The notes under the pieces were generated by a model. That model had not been told where the DNA came from and searched no databases. It was given only the letters and a program-made list of their open reading frames with translations. Shown here in pieces: positions 1 to 9,052 of a DNA stretch of 34,539 bases. The stretch covers positions 1-34,539 of the forward strand of contig JBHHTW010000024.1 of NCBI GenBank assembly GCA_046861385.1. Direction: 5' to 3'. Within the stretch, counting starts at the first letter, position 1. The number at the start of each line of letters is the position of its first letter. Source of the stretch: Fidelibacterota bacterium. Lineage in GTDB: Bacteria > Fidelibacterota > Marinisomatia > Marinisomatales > TCS55. The translations under genes and the position numbers were made by a program.

Positions 1-13
1 ATATATATTTCTA

Positions 14-1582
14 TCAAAAAGGAAGGATATAATTAACACCCAGATTTACTGAAATATAACCAGTCGTTTGCCTATTTCCATCAATGTTGTTAGCAATGAC
101 TGCGCTGGTTCCTATTGTAATATCTACACCCATATGAAATTTTGTTTCAATACCTCCTTTAATCCCAAAACCGGGACCAACGGTTCCTACTGCCCCATGG
201 AGAATAAGTGGAAACTTTAAAGGAATAAAATCCGGTGATTCCAAATTTATCCAAGTTGCGGAAGTTTGTTCGCTTCCAAGAAATCGTATTTGTCCATAGT
301 TCAACGTGGGGACTAAAGAGAACCAGAAAATGTCAAAAGATATGGGCAGCCCGAGACCTAATCCAGCGCTAAATATATTATCTGCTCCAAGGTACTGGCC
401 AGCCAATATGTCATTACTAACATTAAACTCTAAAACAAAAGGTTGATTTTGTTTTTTTCTTTTTCGCTTTTGAGATACCTTATGTTCCGGTATTGAATCC
501 GGTTCAATTTTTTGATACCCATATTTTACCTCTGAAATATTTTTTTTAATTACCGTATCCAATTCAACCGTCACATTAAATTTTCCCTCTATTGATTGAA
601 CTAACTTCCTCAAATCTTCTTCTGTTGTTTCATTTAAAAACGACATAACATCTGCGAGGCCTGTTTTGTCTTTTGGTGATTCTAATCGCCGTTTATATTT
701 TTTCGAGAACGGAATGATTCTTTTTTCTAACAAAATTCCCATTCCGTCTTTTAGAGTCAACAAAATTTCCTTAGGAGCATTCATGTAATTAAATAATTGC
801 GTGGATAAAAGGCTATCTTTTTCATTGTAATACTTAGCCTTAAACAAATAATCTTTTTTATTATAGTACAGTTTGTGCATGCCGACTTTAGAGGAATCAT
901 CTCGAAAATATTCGGAAATTATTAATTCTTTCTCAGGGGATTTTTTCTTACCCCCTATATATTGAAACTGATAGAAATAGTATATTTGGCCTAACTCATC
1001 TTTTATAGTAACAGTCTGAGGGCGACCATCTTCTCTTTCTTTTATTTCCAGCCGCCAATTCTGACGCATTTCACTCAAATTATCGGCATATAAAAATTCG
1101 TCATAGCGCGTTAACGGTTCCCGAATATGAAATATTACTTCATATTTAGATCGCGTTCCTGCTTTATTCCACACTAAATAATATGACCATATTTTTTCCT
1201 TCTGTCTATTAAAGAGAGTTACTGTTTTAATCCGACCTTTTTGATTAAACGTGACTTGATAAAATTCTCTACCATCCAATTGGTTTCTATTTAGACCATC
1301 CGCGAGCTCCCGTTTCTCCGGGTTCCAATAGCCATAGTATAGTTTCATCCCGGATAGCTGACTCTGTTTCGCTTTATCAGGGAAATATTCTACATTAATT
1401 AATTTGCCTTGAGGTGTGTAGGTCGATTTAAAATGTGCTTTCCCTCTAATTTCTTCCTTAGAAGATTCTTCCCCCAATATTTCTGATCTTATAATATCTG
1501 TTGGAAAATATTTAACAAGAGTATCCTGTTCCTGTCCACATAATATTGTTAAGAAAAGGGCTATTTTCGTATTTCTAAACAT
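14..1582 (-). CDS. Hypothetical exported protein with repeated beta-hairpin (YD/MORN-like) N-terminal region and probable C-terminal outer-membrane beta-barrel
   Basis: 522-aa ORF with a short N-terminal hydrophobic segment. Repeated units resemble each other (FKSTYTPQGKLINVEYF, YQVTFNQKGRIKTVTLF, HKLYYNKKDYLFKAKYY). The last ~140 aa have alternating beta-strand character and end VNLGVNYILPF. Start overlaps the upstream stop. Confidence 0.6.
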   Translation of the reverse strand: MFRNTKIALFLTILCGQEQDTLVKYFPTDIIRSEILGEESSKEEIRGKAHFKSTYTPQGKLINVEYFPDKAKQSQLSGMKLYYGYWNPEKRELADGLNRNQLDGREFYQVTFNQKGRIKTVTLFNRQKEKIWSYYLVWNKAGTRSKYEVIFHIREPLTRYDEFLYADNLSEMRQNWRLEIKEREDGRPQTVTIKDELGQIYYFYQFQYIGGKKKSPEKELIISEYFRDDSSKVGMHKLYYNKKDYLFKAKYYNEKDSLLSTQLFNYMNAPKEILLTLKDGMGILLEKRIIPFSKKYKRRLESPKDKTGLADVMSFLNETTEEDLRKLVQSIEGKFNVTVELDTVIKKNISEVKYGYQKIEPDSIPEHKVSQKRKRKKQNQPFVLEFNVSNDILAGQYLGADNIFSAGLGLGLPISFDIFWFSLVPTLNYGQIRFLGSEQTSATWINLESPDFIPLKFPLILHGAVGTVGPGFGIKGGIETKFHMGVDITIGTSAVIANNIDGNRQTTGYISVNLGVNYILPF

Positions 1583-2003
1583 AGGCCCATACGATTACAA
1601 ACAGGAGGGCCACTACCATACTAAAACCCAATAGCGTTCCGGAATGAATACTTTGGTAATAGGCATCGACATTCTGATTAATATTTTTATAAGACATCGT
1701 AACCTTAATAATTTCCCCTTTTCCAACTAAAACATCCTGCATCCCCAATCGTAAAATGTCTTTAGTTAATTTCCGTATATTTTGGTCTGTCTCACTCATC
1801 TCCGGGAAAAAACTGACTTTATGCCATCCGGGAAGGACGTCTACGTTATCCGATAAAGGTGTATAACCAATCAGGTAATTATCTATATATATTGGAATGT
1901 CTTCTGTATCACACGTAATATGGATTGCCGTTCTATTTTGAGCGGCTAAAAATGAAGTTAGCGTTATTAAAATTAACAGCCGAATTAAAATAATTTTCTT
2001 CAG
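1575..2003 (-). CDS. PEGA-like domain membrane-anchored protein (142 aa, CTG start)
   Basis: The 74-aa ORF stays open upstream to CTG at 2003, 8 nt after AGGAG (2012-2016). This adds a signal peptide (MKKIILIRLLILITLTSFLAAQ) and a PEGA-like IYIDNYLIGYTPL...VLPGWHKV segment. C-terminal TM helix. Confidence 0.7.
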   Translation of the reverse strand: MKKIILIRLLILITLTSFLAAQNRTAIHITCDTEDIPIYIDNYLIGYTPLSDNVDVLPGWHKVSFFPEMSETDQNIRKLTKDILRLGMQDVLVGKGEIIKVTMSYKNINQNVDAYYQSIHSGTLLGFSMVVALLFVIVWAYV

Positions 2004-2185
2004 TTTATATACTCCTATAGTCGTTTAAACACTACAAATTTATTCAGACCAATCATTAAAAGTGGATTATTATTATGTTAGAGAACTATCTTTGGTAGTC
2101 GGTCTTTCACCCGGCCTTGGCAGGACAACCGTTTTATATCCTTCAATTAAAAAGCATTGCTTTTAGTCAAGTTGGAAGCTTGGAC

Positions 2186-2194
2186 TGTGGATAA
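2186..2194 (-). promoter_or_regulatory. Perfect DnaA box (TTATCCACA)
   Basis: TGTGGATAA on + strand, intergenic, 3 nt after the dnaG stop and just upstream of a TTGACT -35-like hexamer (2165-2170). Confidence 0.4.
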
Positions 2195-2197
2195 CAA

Positions 2198-3967
2198 TCA
2201 TTCTATTTTATCGGTATGGTCATTTTGAGAAATTGATAGTAGTTGTTTTTGGAGCTCGCCCACTTCCAGAATAAGGTTACTACTATCTTGTCCTGCTGCT
2301 TCCTGCTCCTTGATTTTCAGTCTCGTCTGTTCAATTTTTTCTTTAATCGGCTGTGTTTTTAGCGTATTCAGACATTCCATAACTACCGATCGAGGATTCT
2401 CTACTTTATTATCATCGACTAATATTGATGCTATTTTTTCCCTCTCAATTTTATCATCAAATTGTTCCAAAATAACGGCAGTGCTATCACCCCCATTATT
2501 TAGTATTAATGAGGCTGCTTTATATAACAAAGGTTCCGAAATTAAATCCAGATAATTTTTTACAATTTTATTTACCTCTGTAAAAGATACTGCCAGTGTT
2601 TTTAATATTTCAACCTGGGCTTTTTGTGAAACGGTTGTAAATAGAGTTGTTTGGATTGATGCTAATTCTTCCTGAGGCGGAAGCTGTTTCCGGCTTGCGG
2701 ATTTTTTCAGTTGAACAATCAATTCTCTCTCGTTTATCTTCAGATCATTCGCAAGTGTCTGTAACAAATCATCTCTGATAATACTATCCCTAACTCCAGC
2801 CAGTTCTGTTAATATTTCTTTCACCAGACTTGATCGCTCTACTGCGGATAAGTTCTCTGCGTCTGTAATCTGTAAATGATATTTCAATAATGGTAACGCA
2901 GTAGATATTCCATTCTTTATGGCTTCGATGCCTTCCGCCCTCATCCAATCATCCGGATCTAAATTTTTTGGAACTTTGATCACCATTGCTTCAATACCAT
3001 TTTGCAGTAAAGAATACCCGGCGCGCAAGGCCGCTTTTCTTCCTGCTTCATCGCCATCATAAGCTAAATATACTTTTTGGGTAATTTTTCCTATCTGTAA
3101 TGCGTGGCGTTCGGTAAACGCCGTCCCCGATACCGCCAATACATTTTGGATTCCTCCTTGATACAGTTGTAAAAAATCCATATAACCTTCAACGAGCACC
3201 GCTGCATTTTCACTGCGAATATCCGGAGCTGTTTTATGATACCCGTAAAAAATTTCACTTTTATGGTACAAAGGTGTTTCCGGTGAATTCATATACTTAG
3301 CCGGATCATCACTCTCAAATACCCTGCCTCCAAAGGCTATCACTTTTTCCGATCGATTCATTATTGGGAACAAAATTCGAGAACGAAAACGATCAACAGG
3401 TCCCTGCTTTCCTTTCCCAAATAATCCAGATTTATCAATAGATTCTCTGGTAAATCCTTTTCCCCGAACTGTTTCTGTTAAGTAATCCCATGAATCATGA
3501 ACAAATCCGACTTTGAATATTTTAATTGTATTTTTTGTCAGGCCTCTATTTATTAAATATTCCAATGCGGTTTCCCCTCTTTTAGAAAAGAGGTTTTTAT
3601 GAAAGAGATTTGCCGCTAATTCATGTATCTCGTATAGTTGAGTAAATAAGCGTTTTGTTCCCGTATCCCCTGTTAATTCAACATCGATACCATATCGACG
3701 ACCCAATTGCTGAACGGCTTCCACAAAGGATAAATTGTCATGTTCCATGATGAAATTGAATACACTTCCACCAGCGCTGCAGCCAAAGCAGTGATAAATT
3801 TCTTTATCCGGCGCTACGCTGAATGAAGGTGTTCGCTCATGATGAAAAGGGCATAAGCCAAAATAATTTCGCCCTCTCTTTTTAAGGTTTACATATTGAG
3901 ACACGACATCTAATATATCTGCTGCTTGTCGAATTCGGTCTATGGTCTCCTGGCTAATGCGAGCCAT
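2198..3967 (-). CDS. dnaG: DNA primase
   Basis: CHC2 zinc finger CPFHHERTPSF...CFGC, AKYMNSPET, TOPRIM EGYMD and YDGDEAG, DPD. Confidence 0.98.
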   Translation of the reverse strand: MARISQETIDRIRQAADILDVVSQYVNLKKRGRNYFGLCPFHHERTPSFSVAPDKEIYHCFGCSAGGSVFNFIMEHDNLSFVEAVQQLGRRYGIDVELTGDTGTKRLFTQLYEIHELAANLFHKNLFSKRGETALEYLINRGLTKNTIKIFKVGFVHDSWDYLTETVRGKGFTRESIDKSGLFGKGKQGPVDRFRSRILFPIMNRSEKVIAFGGRVFESDDPAKYMNSPETPLYHKSEIFYGYHKTAPDIRSENAAVLVEGYMDFLQLYQGGIQNVLAVSGTAFTERHALQIGKITQKVYLAYDGDEAGRKAALRAGYSLLQNGIEAMVIKVPKNLDPDDWMRAEGIEAIKNGISTALPLLKYHLQITDAENLSAVERSSLVKEILTELAGVRDSIIRDDLLQTLANDLKINERELIVQLKKSASRKQLPPQEELASIQTTLFTTVSQKAQVEILKTLAVSFTEVNKIVKNYLDLISEPLLYKAASLILNNGGDSTAVILEQFDDKIEREKIASILVDDNKVENPRSVVMECLNTLKTQPIKEKIEQTRLKIKEQEAAGQDSSNLILEVGELQKQLLSISQNDHTDKIE

Positions 3968-4503
3968 TATTCATCCTCATTTTCCATTAATTCTTGAATA
4001 TATTGTTCGCTTTTTTGAATCGGATCTTGAATGTTAAATATATTAATCAGTTTTTGACGGGTACTCCTGAGTGATGAGGCAATCTTAGATTGCTCATGAA
4101 TAATGTTTGACCAATTGTCCAATGGGGCTATATCAACTATCCATAAAAATATTGTAACTAACAATGCTGCTTTGAATATACCAAATATAAAGCCCATTCC
4201 CCTATTCAACAATTTGGTGCTTTTGGCTAATAAGAGTAAATGGGTGAATTTTGTCAGAATACGTACAATTAATAGAACAACACTGAAAATAATGAAATAG
4301 TCTAATATCATAACAACCCAAGGGTTAATATTAATTGCGTTTAATACAACATCGGATAATTTGATATAATAACTCCATGCGAAAGAAGAAGCGACGATAA
4401 GTCCAATCAACCGTCCAAGTTCCTCTACCAATCCGCGCTTAAATCCGATAGCGCCCATAGCCACAATGAACATCATGGTTAAAATATCGAGGAAGAGAAT
4501 CAT
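3967..4503 (-). CDS. cvpA: CvpA family (colicin V production) membrane protein
   Basis: LD...GFKRGLVEE motif, LNRGMGFIFGIFK motif, 4 TM segments; TAATG overlap with dnaG. Confidence 0.85.
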   Translation of the reverse strand: MILFLDILTMMFIVAMGAIGFKRGLVEELGRLIGLIVASSFAWSYYIKLSDVVLNAININPWVVMILDYFIIFSVVLLIVRILTKFTHLLLLAKSTKLLNRGMGFIFGIFKAALLVTIFLWIVDIAPLDNWSNIIHEQSKIASSLRSTRQKLINIFNIQDPIQKSEQYIQELMENEDE

Positions 4504-4508
4504 AATTT

Positions 4509-4707
4509 GTTATGCGTTATGCGGTGATAAATATCTTTTATATTTGCTATCCCTGAATTATTTCCATGTTTTAGCAAAAATGTAACTCTAACGAGAAATT
4601 TTGTCATAACCACCAGGTAAACTTTCCAAATCTCGAAATGATTTAATGCTCATAATTCTTTGTTTTAATTAAGCAGTAACAAAACTCGTTTATCGAGCAT
4701 CATAACC
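4509..4707 (-). pseudogene. Remnant of a four-helix-bundle (23S rRNA IVS-type) gene flanked by imperfect inverted repeats
   Basis: ATG at 4653 reads MSIKSFRDLE; removing one A gives ...DLEVY, the typical N-terminus of this family; similarity is then lost. Flanks GTTATGCGTTATGCGGTGATAAA (4509-4531) and TTTATCGAGCATCATAACC (4689-4707) are imperfectly complementary. Confidence 0.55.
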
Positions 4708-4740
4708 CCAACCGTTACCGTAATCTTAATCGATTAATGC

Positions 4741-5184
4741 TTAACCAAGCCTTTTCCTCAACAAAACCTGGGCGAGTTTTCCATCCGCCCTTCCGGCTGA
4801 ACGCTTCATAATTTCCGGCATTACTTTGCCAATATCAGACATTGATGAAGCACCGGTTTCAGAAATAATTTTATCCAACATTGTTCCCAGCTCTTCAGCG
4901 CTCATCATTTGGGGTAAATATGCTTCTAAAATTTTCTTTTCTTTTTTTTCCTTTTCTATCAAATCATCACGTCCCGCTTTCTCAAACATTTCGATAGATT
5001 CATTACGCTGTTTTACCATTGTTTTCAAAACACGCATCTCTTCCTGTCCGCTTAATTCTTCCCGTTTTTCAATTTTTTTATCTTTCAATTTGGATAAGGC
5101 AGTGCGCAATGTAACGACTTTTTCTCTATCACTATTTTTCATGGCTGCATACATGTCTTTTTGTATTGTATCAAATAAATTCAT
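4741..5184 (-). CDS. yqeY: GatB/YqeY domain protein
   Basis: DMYAAMK, KQRNESIEMFEKAGRDDL, YLPQMMS, DIGKVM, GRADGK motifs; AGGAG RBS. Confidence 0.95.
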   Translation of the reverse strand: MNLFDTIQKDMYAAMKNSDREKVVTLRTALSKLKDKKIEKREELSGQEEMRVLKTMVKQRNESIEMFEKAGRDDLIEKEKKEKKILEAYLPQMMSAEELGTMLDKIISETGASSMSDIGKVMPEIMKRSAGRADGKLAQVLLRKRLG

Positions 5185-5207
5185 CCTAACTCCTGATTTG
5201 TGAATGA

Positions 5208-5282
5208 TAAATATTTAAAAAGTAAAAAATTATTCCGATAAATTAATAACTGGTTATACTATAATTACGTTTTAAATATTTA
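5208..5282. repeat. 75-bp AT-rich element with 18-bp inverted repeats
   Basis: TAAATATTTAAAAAGTAA (5208-5225) matches the reverse complement of 5265-5282 at 17/18 positions. Confidence 0.5.
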
Positions 5283-5288
5283 CGTTGT

Positions 5289-6119
5289 TTACGCATTATC
5301 TATTCGTTTCATGGCCAATAATAAACTGTCTTTATCCGTTTCAAAACCAATGAATCGCCTTCCTAAATTTTTCACAGCTACACCGACGCTGCCCTGTCGC
5401 ATAAATGGATCAACAACCCAACTAAGTTTGTAGCTACTTACGTCCATAATTTTTCTGAGAAGCAAATTGGGTATCTCATACCTATATTTTTTATCAGGTG
5501 AATGATAATATTCCATCCACAAATTAGACATATTTCTCACTTCCTTAAAATTTTCGGAGATTGACTCATTTTCACTTATTTCATTATTAAAAATAAATGC
5601 ATTTGTTTTGGTTGCAAACCAAATATCACCTAACTCATTTTCCCATGATTTTAGTTTTTCTCTTCCTTTTATCTTCTTGTTTCGCCATGTAATTCTAGTT
5701 TGTACTTTGAAATAGTCACTTAAAATCGAATGATACATTCCGGAAAAACGCCAACCGCACAACAAATACATAGAGCCTGTTTTCTTTAATACCCGATGAC
5801 TTTCTCTTAACCAGCGATTGCTCCACTGAAAATACTCCTGGATAGTCATTCGCTTACCCTGTGTTCCTATATCCCTCCACGGACTTTCCGGCGGCGCCGT
5901 CAGAATAAGGTCAATCGATTCATCAGGAAGCCTCTTTAGACCATCAAGGGCATCTCCGAGAAAAACGCCTTCTTCCAATATTTCAATTTCTGATGATAAT
6001 TCATGTGTTTTTCGAATTGCCGATAAATATCGGTTTAAATCATCTACCGTCAGCCCGGGAGATGTTTCCAACGGATTCGTAAATAGTGGGTTTAATGATG
6101 TTTTGTCTGTTCCAACCAT
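5289..6119 (-). CDS. Beta-class N4/N6 DNA methyltransferase homolog with degenerate catalytic motifs
   Basis: GDALDGLKRLPDESIDLILT, RVLKKTGS, DPF..G and LGRRFIGFE give the beta-class order, but motif IV is APPE and motif I is FMRQG. Confidence 0.85.
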   Translation of the reverse strand: MVGTDKTSLNPLFTNPLETSPGLTVDDLNRYLSAIRKTHELSSEIEILEEGVFLGDALDGLKRLPDESIDLILTAPPESPWRDIGTQGKRMTIQEYFQWSNRWLRESHRVLKKTGSMYLLCGWRFSGMYHSILSDYFKVQTRITWRNKKIKGREKLKSWENELGDIWFATKTNAFIFNNEISENESISENFKEVRNMSNLWMEYYHSPDKKYRYEIPNLLLRKIMDVSSYKLSWVVDPFMRQGSVGVAVKNLGRRFIGFETDKDSLLLAMKRIDNA

Positions 6120-6227
6120 AGGAAAATTTACGTGCTTCTGCGCTCAAATAAACGGCGATTCTATAATGAGAGCTTTGAAAAATATTTCATAATACTTTAT
6201 AGTATGGTATAATTCTGATAGTGAATC

Positions 6228-7262
6228 TTATTGAATAATGAGTTCAAACAACCGCTCTTCATCTTCAGCCTTGAAGGATACATGCACAGGCAAGGCGAAT
6301 AACGGTAGGTCATTTAACGATTCCAGTTTGACTAAATCCTTTTCTGTGGTAATAATAGCTTCCGCTTCAGCAGACAAATACACCTCCTGAATTACTTCAA
6401 AATCTATATCAGAATAATCCGCATGATCATCATGACGAAAATGGTGGATATAATCCAATCCCGCTTCCTCTAAAATAACTTCAAAACTGTCTGGATCACC
6501 CACACCGGATACCGCTACCACCGAGCCGCTGATTTCTTTTAATGGTTTGATTGATCCGTCAAGACCGATTAAATGAGCTTCCGGTAAAAGTTCAGATTGA
6601 ATGGTAAAATCACAGTATTTGGAAATAATATTTATCAGCTTTTCACTCGGTGGCGTCAGATTTGTTTTCGTAAAAATCACAGTATTCGCCCGTCGTACAT
6701 TTTTTATTGGCTCTCTGAGGAAACCATATGGAAGGAGTTTTGGCTGACGGTTCGAGCTATTAATCAGGACAATATCTATGTCCCGGTAAACACGGCGATG
6801 CTGAAAAGCATCATCCATGAGAATAATATCCGGTTTGAATTCGCTGCAAATAAATAACCCGCCTCTGTAGCGATTTTCATCCACGACGACAGGTACGCCA
6901 CCAAGTTTTTCAGCCATCATAAAAGGTTCATCTCCGCTCTGCTGTAAATTTGACTGAATGGTTTTCCCATCACTGACAACAATGGTTCCGGAGGATTTAC
7001 GTTTATATCCCCTGCTTAATATCGCCACTTTCACCCCCTTGGTTTTTAAGGCCTTAGCAAGGTAGAGAACAAAGGGGGTTTTACCCGTACCTCCAACAGA
7101 AAGATTCCCCACACTGATCATTTTACATGGGAGTTTCCGTGAAACAAAGAATCCGATATTGTAATACAAATTTCGCCAGAAAACCAATAATCGATAGAAA
7201 AGCCCCAAGGGCCAAAGTAGTAAACGGTATTTTTTAATGGATTTCTGATCAAATTTCGGCAC
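6228..7262 (-). CDS. lpxK: Tetraacyldisaccharide 4'-kinase
   Basis: SVGNLSVGGTGKTP, LSRGYKR, GDEP, DDAFQH, LLPYGFLREP, TTEKD; GTG start overlapping upstream gene. Confidence 0.97.
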   Translation of the reverse strand: MPKFDQKSIKKYRLLLWPLGLFYRLLVFWRNLYYNIGFFVSRKLPCKMISVGNLSVGGTGKTPFVLYLAKALKTKGVKVAILSRGYKRKSSGTIVVSDGKTIQSNLQQSGDEPFMMAEKLGGVPVVVDENRYRGGLFICSEFKPDIILMDDAFQHRRVYRDIDIVLINSSNRQPKLLPYGFLREPIKNVRRANTVIFTKTNLTPPSEKLINIISKYCDFTIQSELLPEAHLIGLDGSIKPLKEISGSVVAVSGVGDPDSFEVILEEAGLDYIHHFRHDDHADYSDIDFEVIQEVYLSAEAEAIITTEKDLVKLESLNDLPLFALPVHVSFKAEDEERLFELIIQ

Positions 7263-7896
7263 GGCGTTTAGCCTCCTCTTCCAATAAATCCAATTGTTCT
7301 TTCAATTGGCGGGAACATTCTTCGAAATCATCCTCTTTGGAGAAAACCAGTGGTTCTCCCATAAGCAAAAATGTCTTACCAAAAGGCTTTGCAACATAGA
7401 ACGTATCCCAATTGGTGGAAGACCAATAGCGAGAAACAAAGCTTCCAGTTGGAAGAATGACTGCGCCGGTGCGAATGGCCGCTTTGACAGCTCCGGGCTT
7501 CGGCTCTTTTGCTGGTCCTTTTGGTCCATCCGGGGTTATGAAAATCAGTGATCCTTTTTCGTTTTCTAATACATCAACGATTTTTCTATATGCTTCCCGT
7601 CCTCCTTCAGTACTGGATCCCCGAATGGTTGTATATCCAATTTTTTCTGCAATCCGGGATATGATTTCAGCATCTCCATGGTGACCGGCCAGCCCGTAGG
7701 GCTGCTTATCCGCTATATATAAATATCCCGGTAAAAGGTTGCCGTGCCAAGTAGCAAAAATAATAGATTTCCCCTCATTACGTAATTGTTTGATCTTATT
7801 TTCTCCTTCAACATACCAGCGGTTAGTTCCGTATAGGAATTTCAATATCCATTTGCCGAATAAAACGCCCAGAAAGAATAGAAACTTTTTTTTCAT
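7249..7896 (-). CDS. DUF374 family acyltransferase (LpxJ-like lipid A late acyltransferase candidate)
   Basis: WHG, IRGSS, ITPDGPKGP and WD...KPFG motifs; lies between lpxB and lpxK. Confidence 0.85.
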   Translation of the reverse strand: MKKKFLFFLGVLFGKWILKFLYGTNRWYVEGENKIKQLRNEGKSIIFATWHGNLLPGYLYIADKQPYGLAGHHGDAEIISRIAEKIGYTTIRGSSTEGGREAYRKIVDVLENEKGSLIFITPDGPKGPAKEPKPGAVKAAIRTGAVILPTGSFVSRYWSSTNWDTFYVAKPFGKTFLLMGEPLVFSKEDDFEECSRQLKEQLDLLEEEAKRRAEI

Positions 7897-7930
7897 AAAA
7901 TATTATTTTTTTGTTTCCTTAACAAAAGTT

Positions 7931-9052
7931 TCATTGAAACATCCGGCTTATTATGGCTTCAGCGGCTCGTTCGTACACTCCCGGTAATCCAAGGGTGCGC
8001 CGTACTTCTTCATAACCCAGCAGCATTTCTTTTCGCTGTGGAGTTTGTTTCAGCAGGGGATTAATCGCATCTGCTAAATGCTTGGGAGTCATTTCTTGCT
8101 GGAGAAATTCAGGTACAATTTTCCTTTCAGCAATGAGGTTGGTCATAGCCGCGTAAGGAGCATGAGACAATTTTTTTGCCAGAAACCAACTCCCTACGGA
8201 CATTTTATAACACACAACCGCCGGGATATCCTGAACGGCAGATTGAAGAGTCGCAGTTCCGGATGAAGTAATTACAGCTGTTCCATATTCCAAACATAGA
8301 CGGGTGTCATCAGTTTCCACCTTCCAGCCCTTAGGCAGCTCACCCAATTTAATTTGAGGCGCTTTGCCGATGATGATTTGAAGATGGTTATCATTTATCA
8401 GAGAAACGGCTTTGATAAAAACAGGCAAATGACGATCAACCTCCTGTTGTCGGCTTCCCGGGAAAAGAACCAAAATAGATTTGTTGTTATCCATATTATG
8501 TTTTTTAAAAAAAGTAGATTTATCCATGGAAGGTTTTTGAAATTCTGCAAAAGGATGACCTACAAAGTCCGCATCGATACCCCGTTTTTGAAACCAGGCC
8601 TGTTCAAATGGAAAAATACATAACGCCTGATCCACACATTCCCGAATAGTATTCACACGATTTTCTTTCCATGCCCAAACCTGAGGTAAAATAAAATAGG
8701 TAATGGGGAGTCCTAAAAGATGAACTTTTTTTGCCAATCGAAGATTAAAGCCGGGATAATCTATTAAAATAAGTCGGTGTGGTTTAAACTCCAAAATTTC
8801 ATTGAGAGTTTTGCCCATGACTTTCATCATAAAAGGTATATGTTTGATCACTTCTGTAAATCCCATCATGGCCAGATTATTTACATGTTCCAGAATCTCC
8901 ATCCCGGCAGACTTCATTTTCTCACCTCCATGCCCAATAAATTCTGCAGAAGGAGATTTTTTCTTTATGGCGTTGATTAGCTTTGCGCCATGGAGGTCTC
9001 CGGACTCCTCGCCGGCGACCATGAAAAAACGAAGGTTCTGATCAATCAGCAT
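7931..9052 (-). CDS. lpxB: Lipid A disaccharide synthase
   Basis: AGEESGDLHGA, IDYPGFNL, PQVWAW, FPFE, FVGHP, PGSR, SGTATL. Confidence 0.98.
   Translation of the reverse strand: MLIDQNLRFFMVAGEESGDLHGAKLINAIKKKSPSAEFIGHGGEKMKSAGMEILEHVNNLAMMGFTEVIKHIPFMMKVMGKTLNEILEFKPHRLILIDYPGFNLRLAKKVHLLGLPITYFILPQVWAWKENRVNTIRECVDQALCIFPFEQAWFQKRGIDADFVGHPFAEFQKPSMDKSTFFKKHNMDNNKSILVLFPGSRQQEVDRHLPVFIKAVSLINDNHLQIIIGKAPQIKLGELPKGWKVETDDTRLCLEYGTAVITSSGTATLQSAVQDIPAVVCYKMSVGSWFLAKKLSHAPYAAMTNLIAERKIVPEFLQQEMTPKHLADAINPLLKQTPQRKEMLLGYEEVRRTLGLPGVYERAAEAIISRMFQ

Noticed and set aside
2150-2197. Replication origin near dnaG
   Set aside because: Only one DnaA box, no box cluster or clear unwinding element, no dnaA/dnaN nearby
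5289-6119. Restriction-modification or defence system
   Set aside because: No nuclease, controller or specificity gene adjacent, and flanks are housekeeping genes
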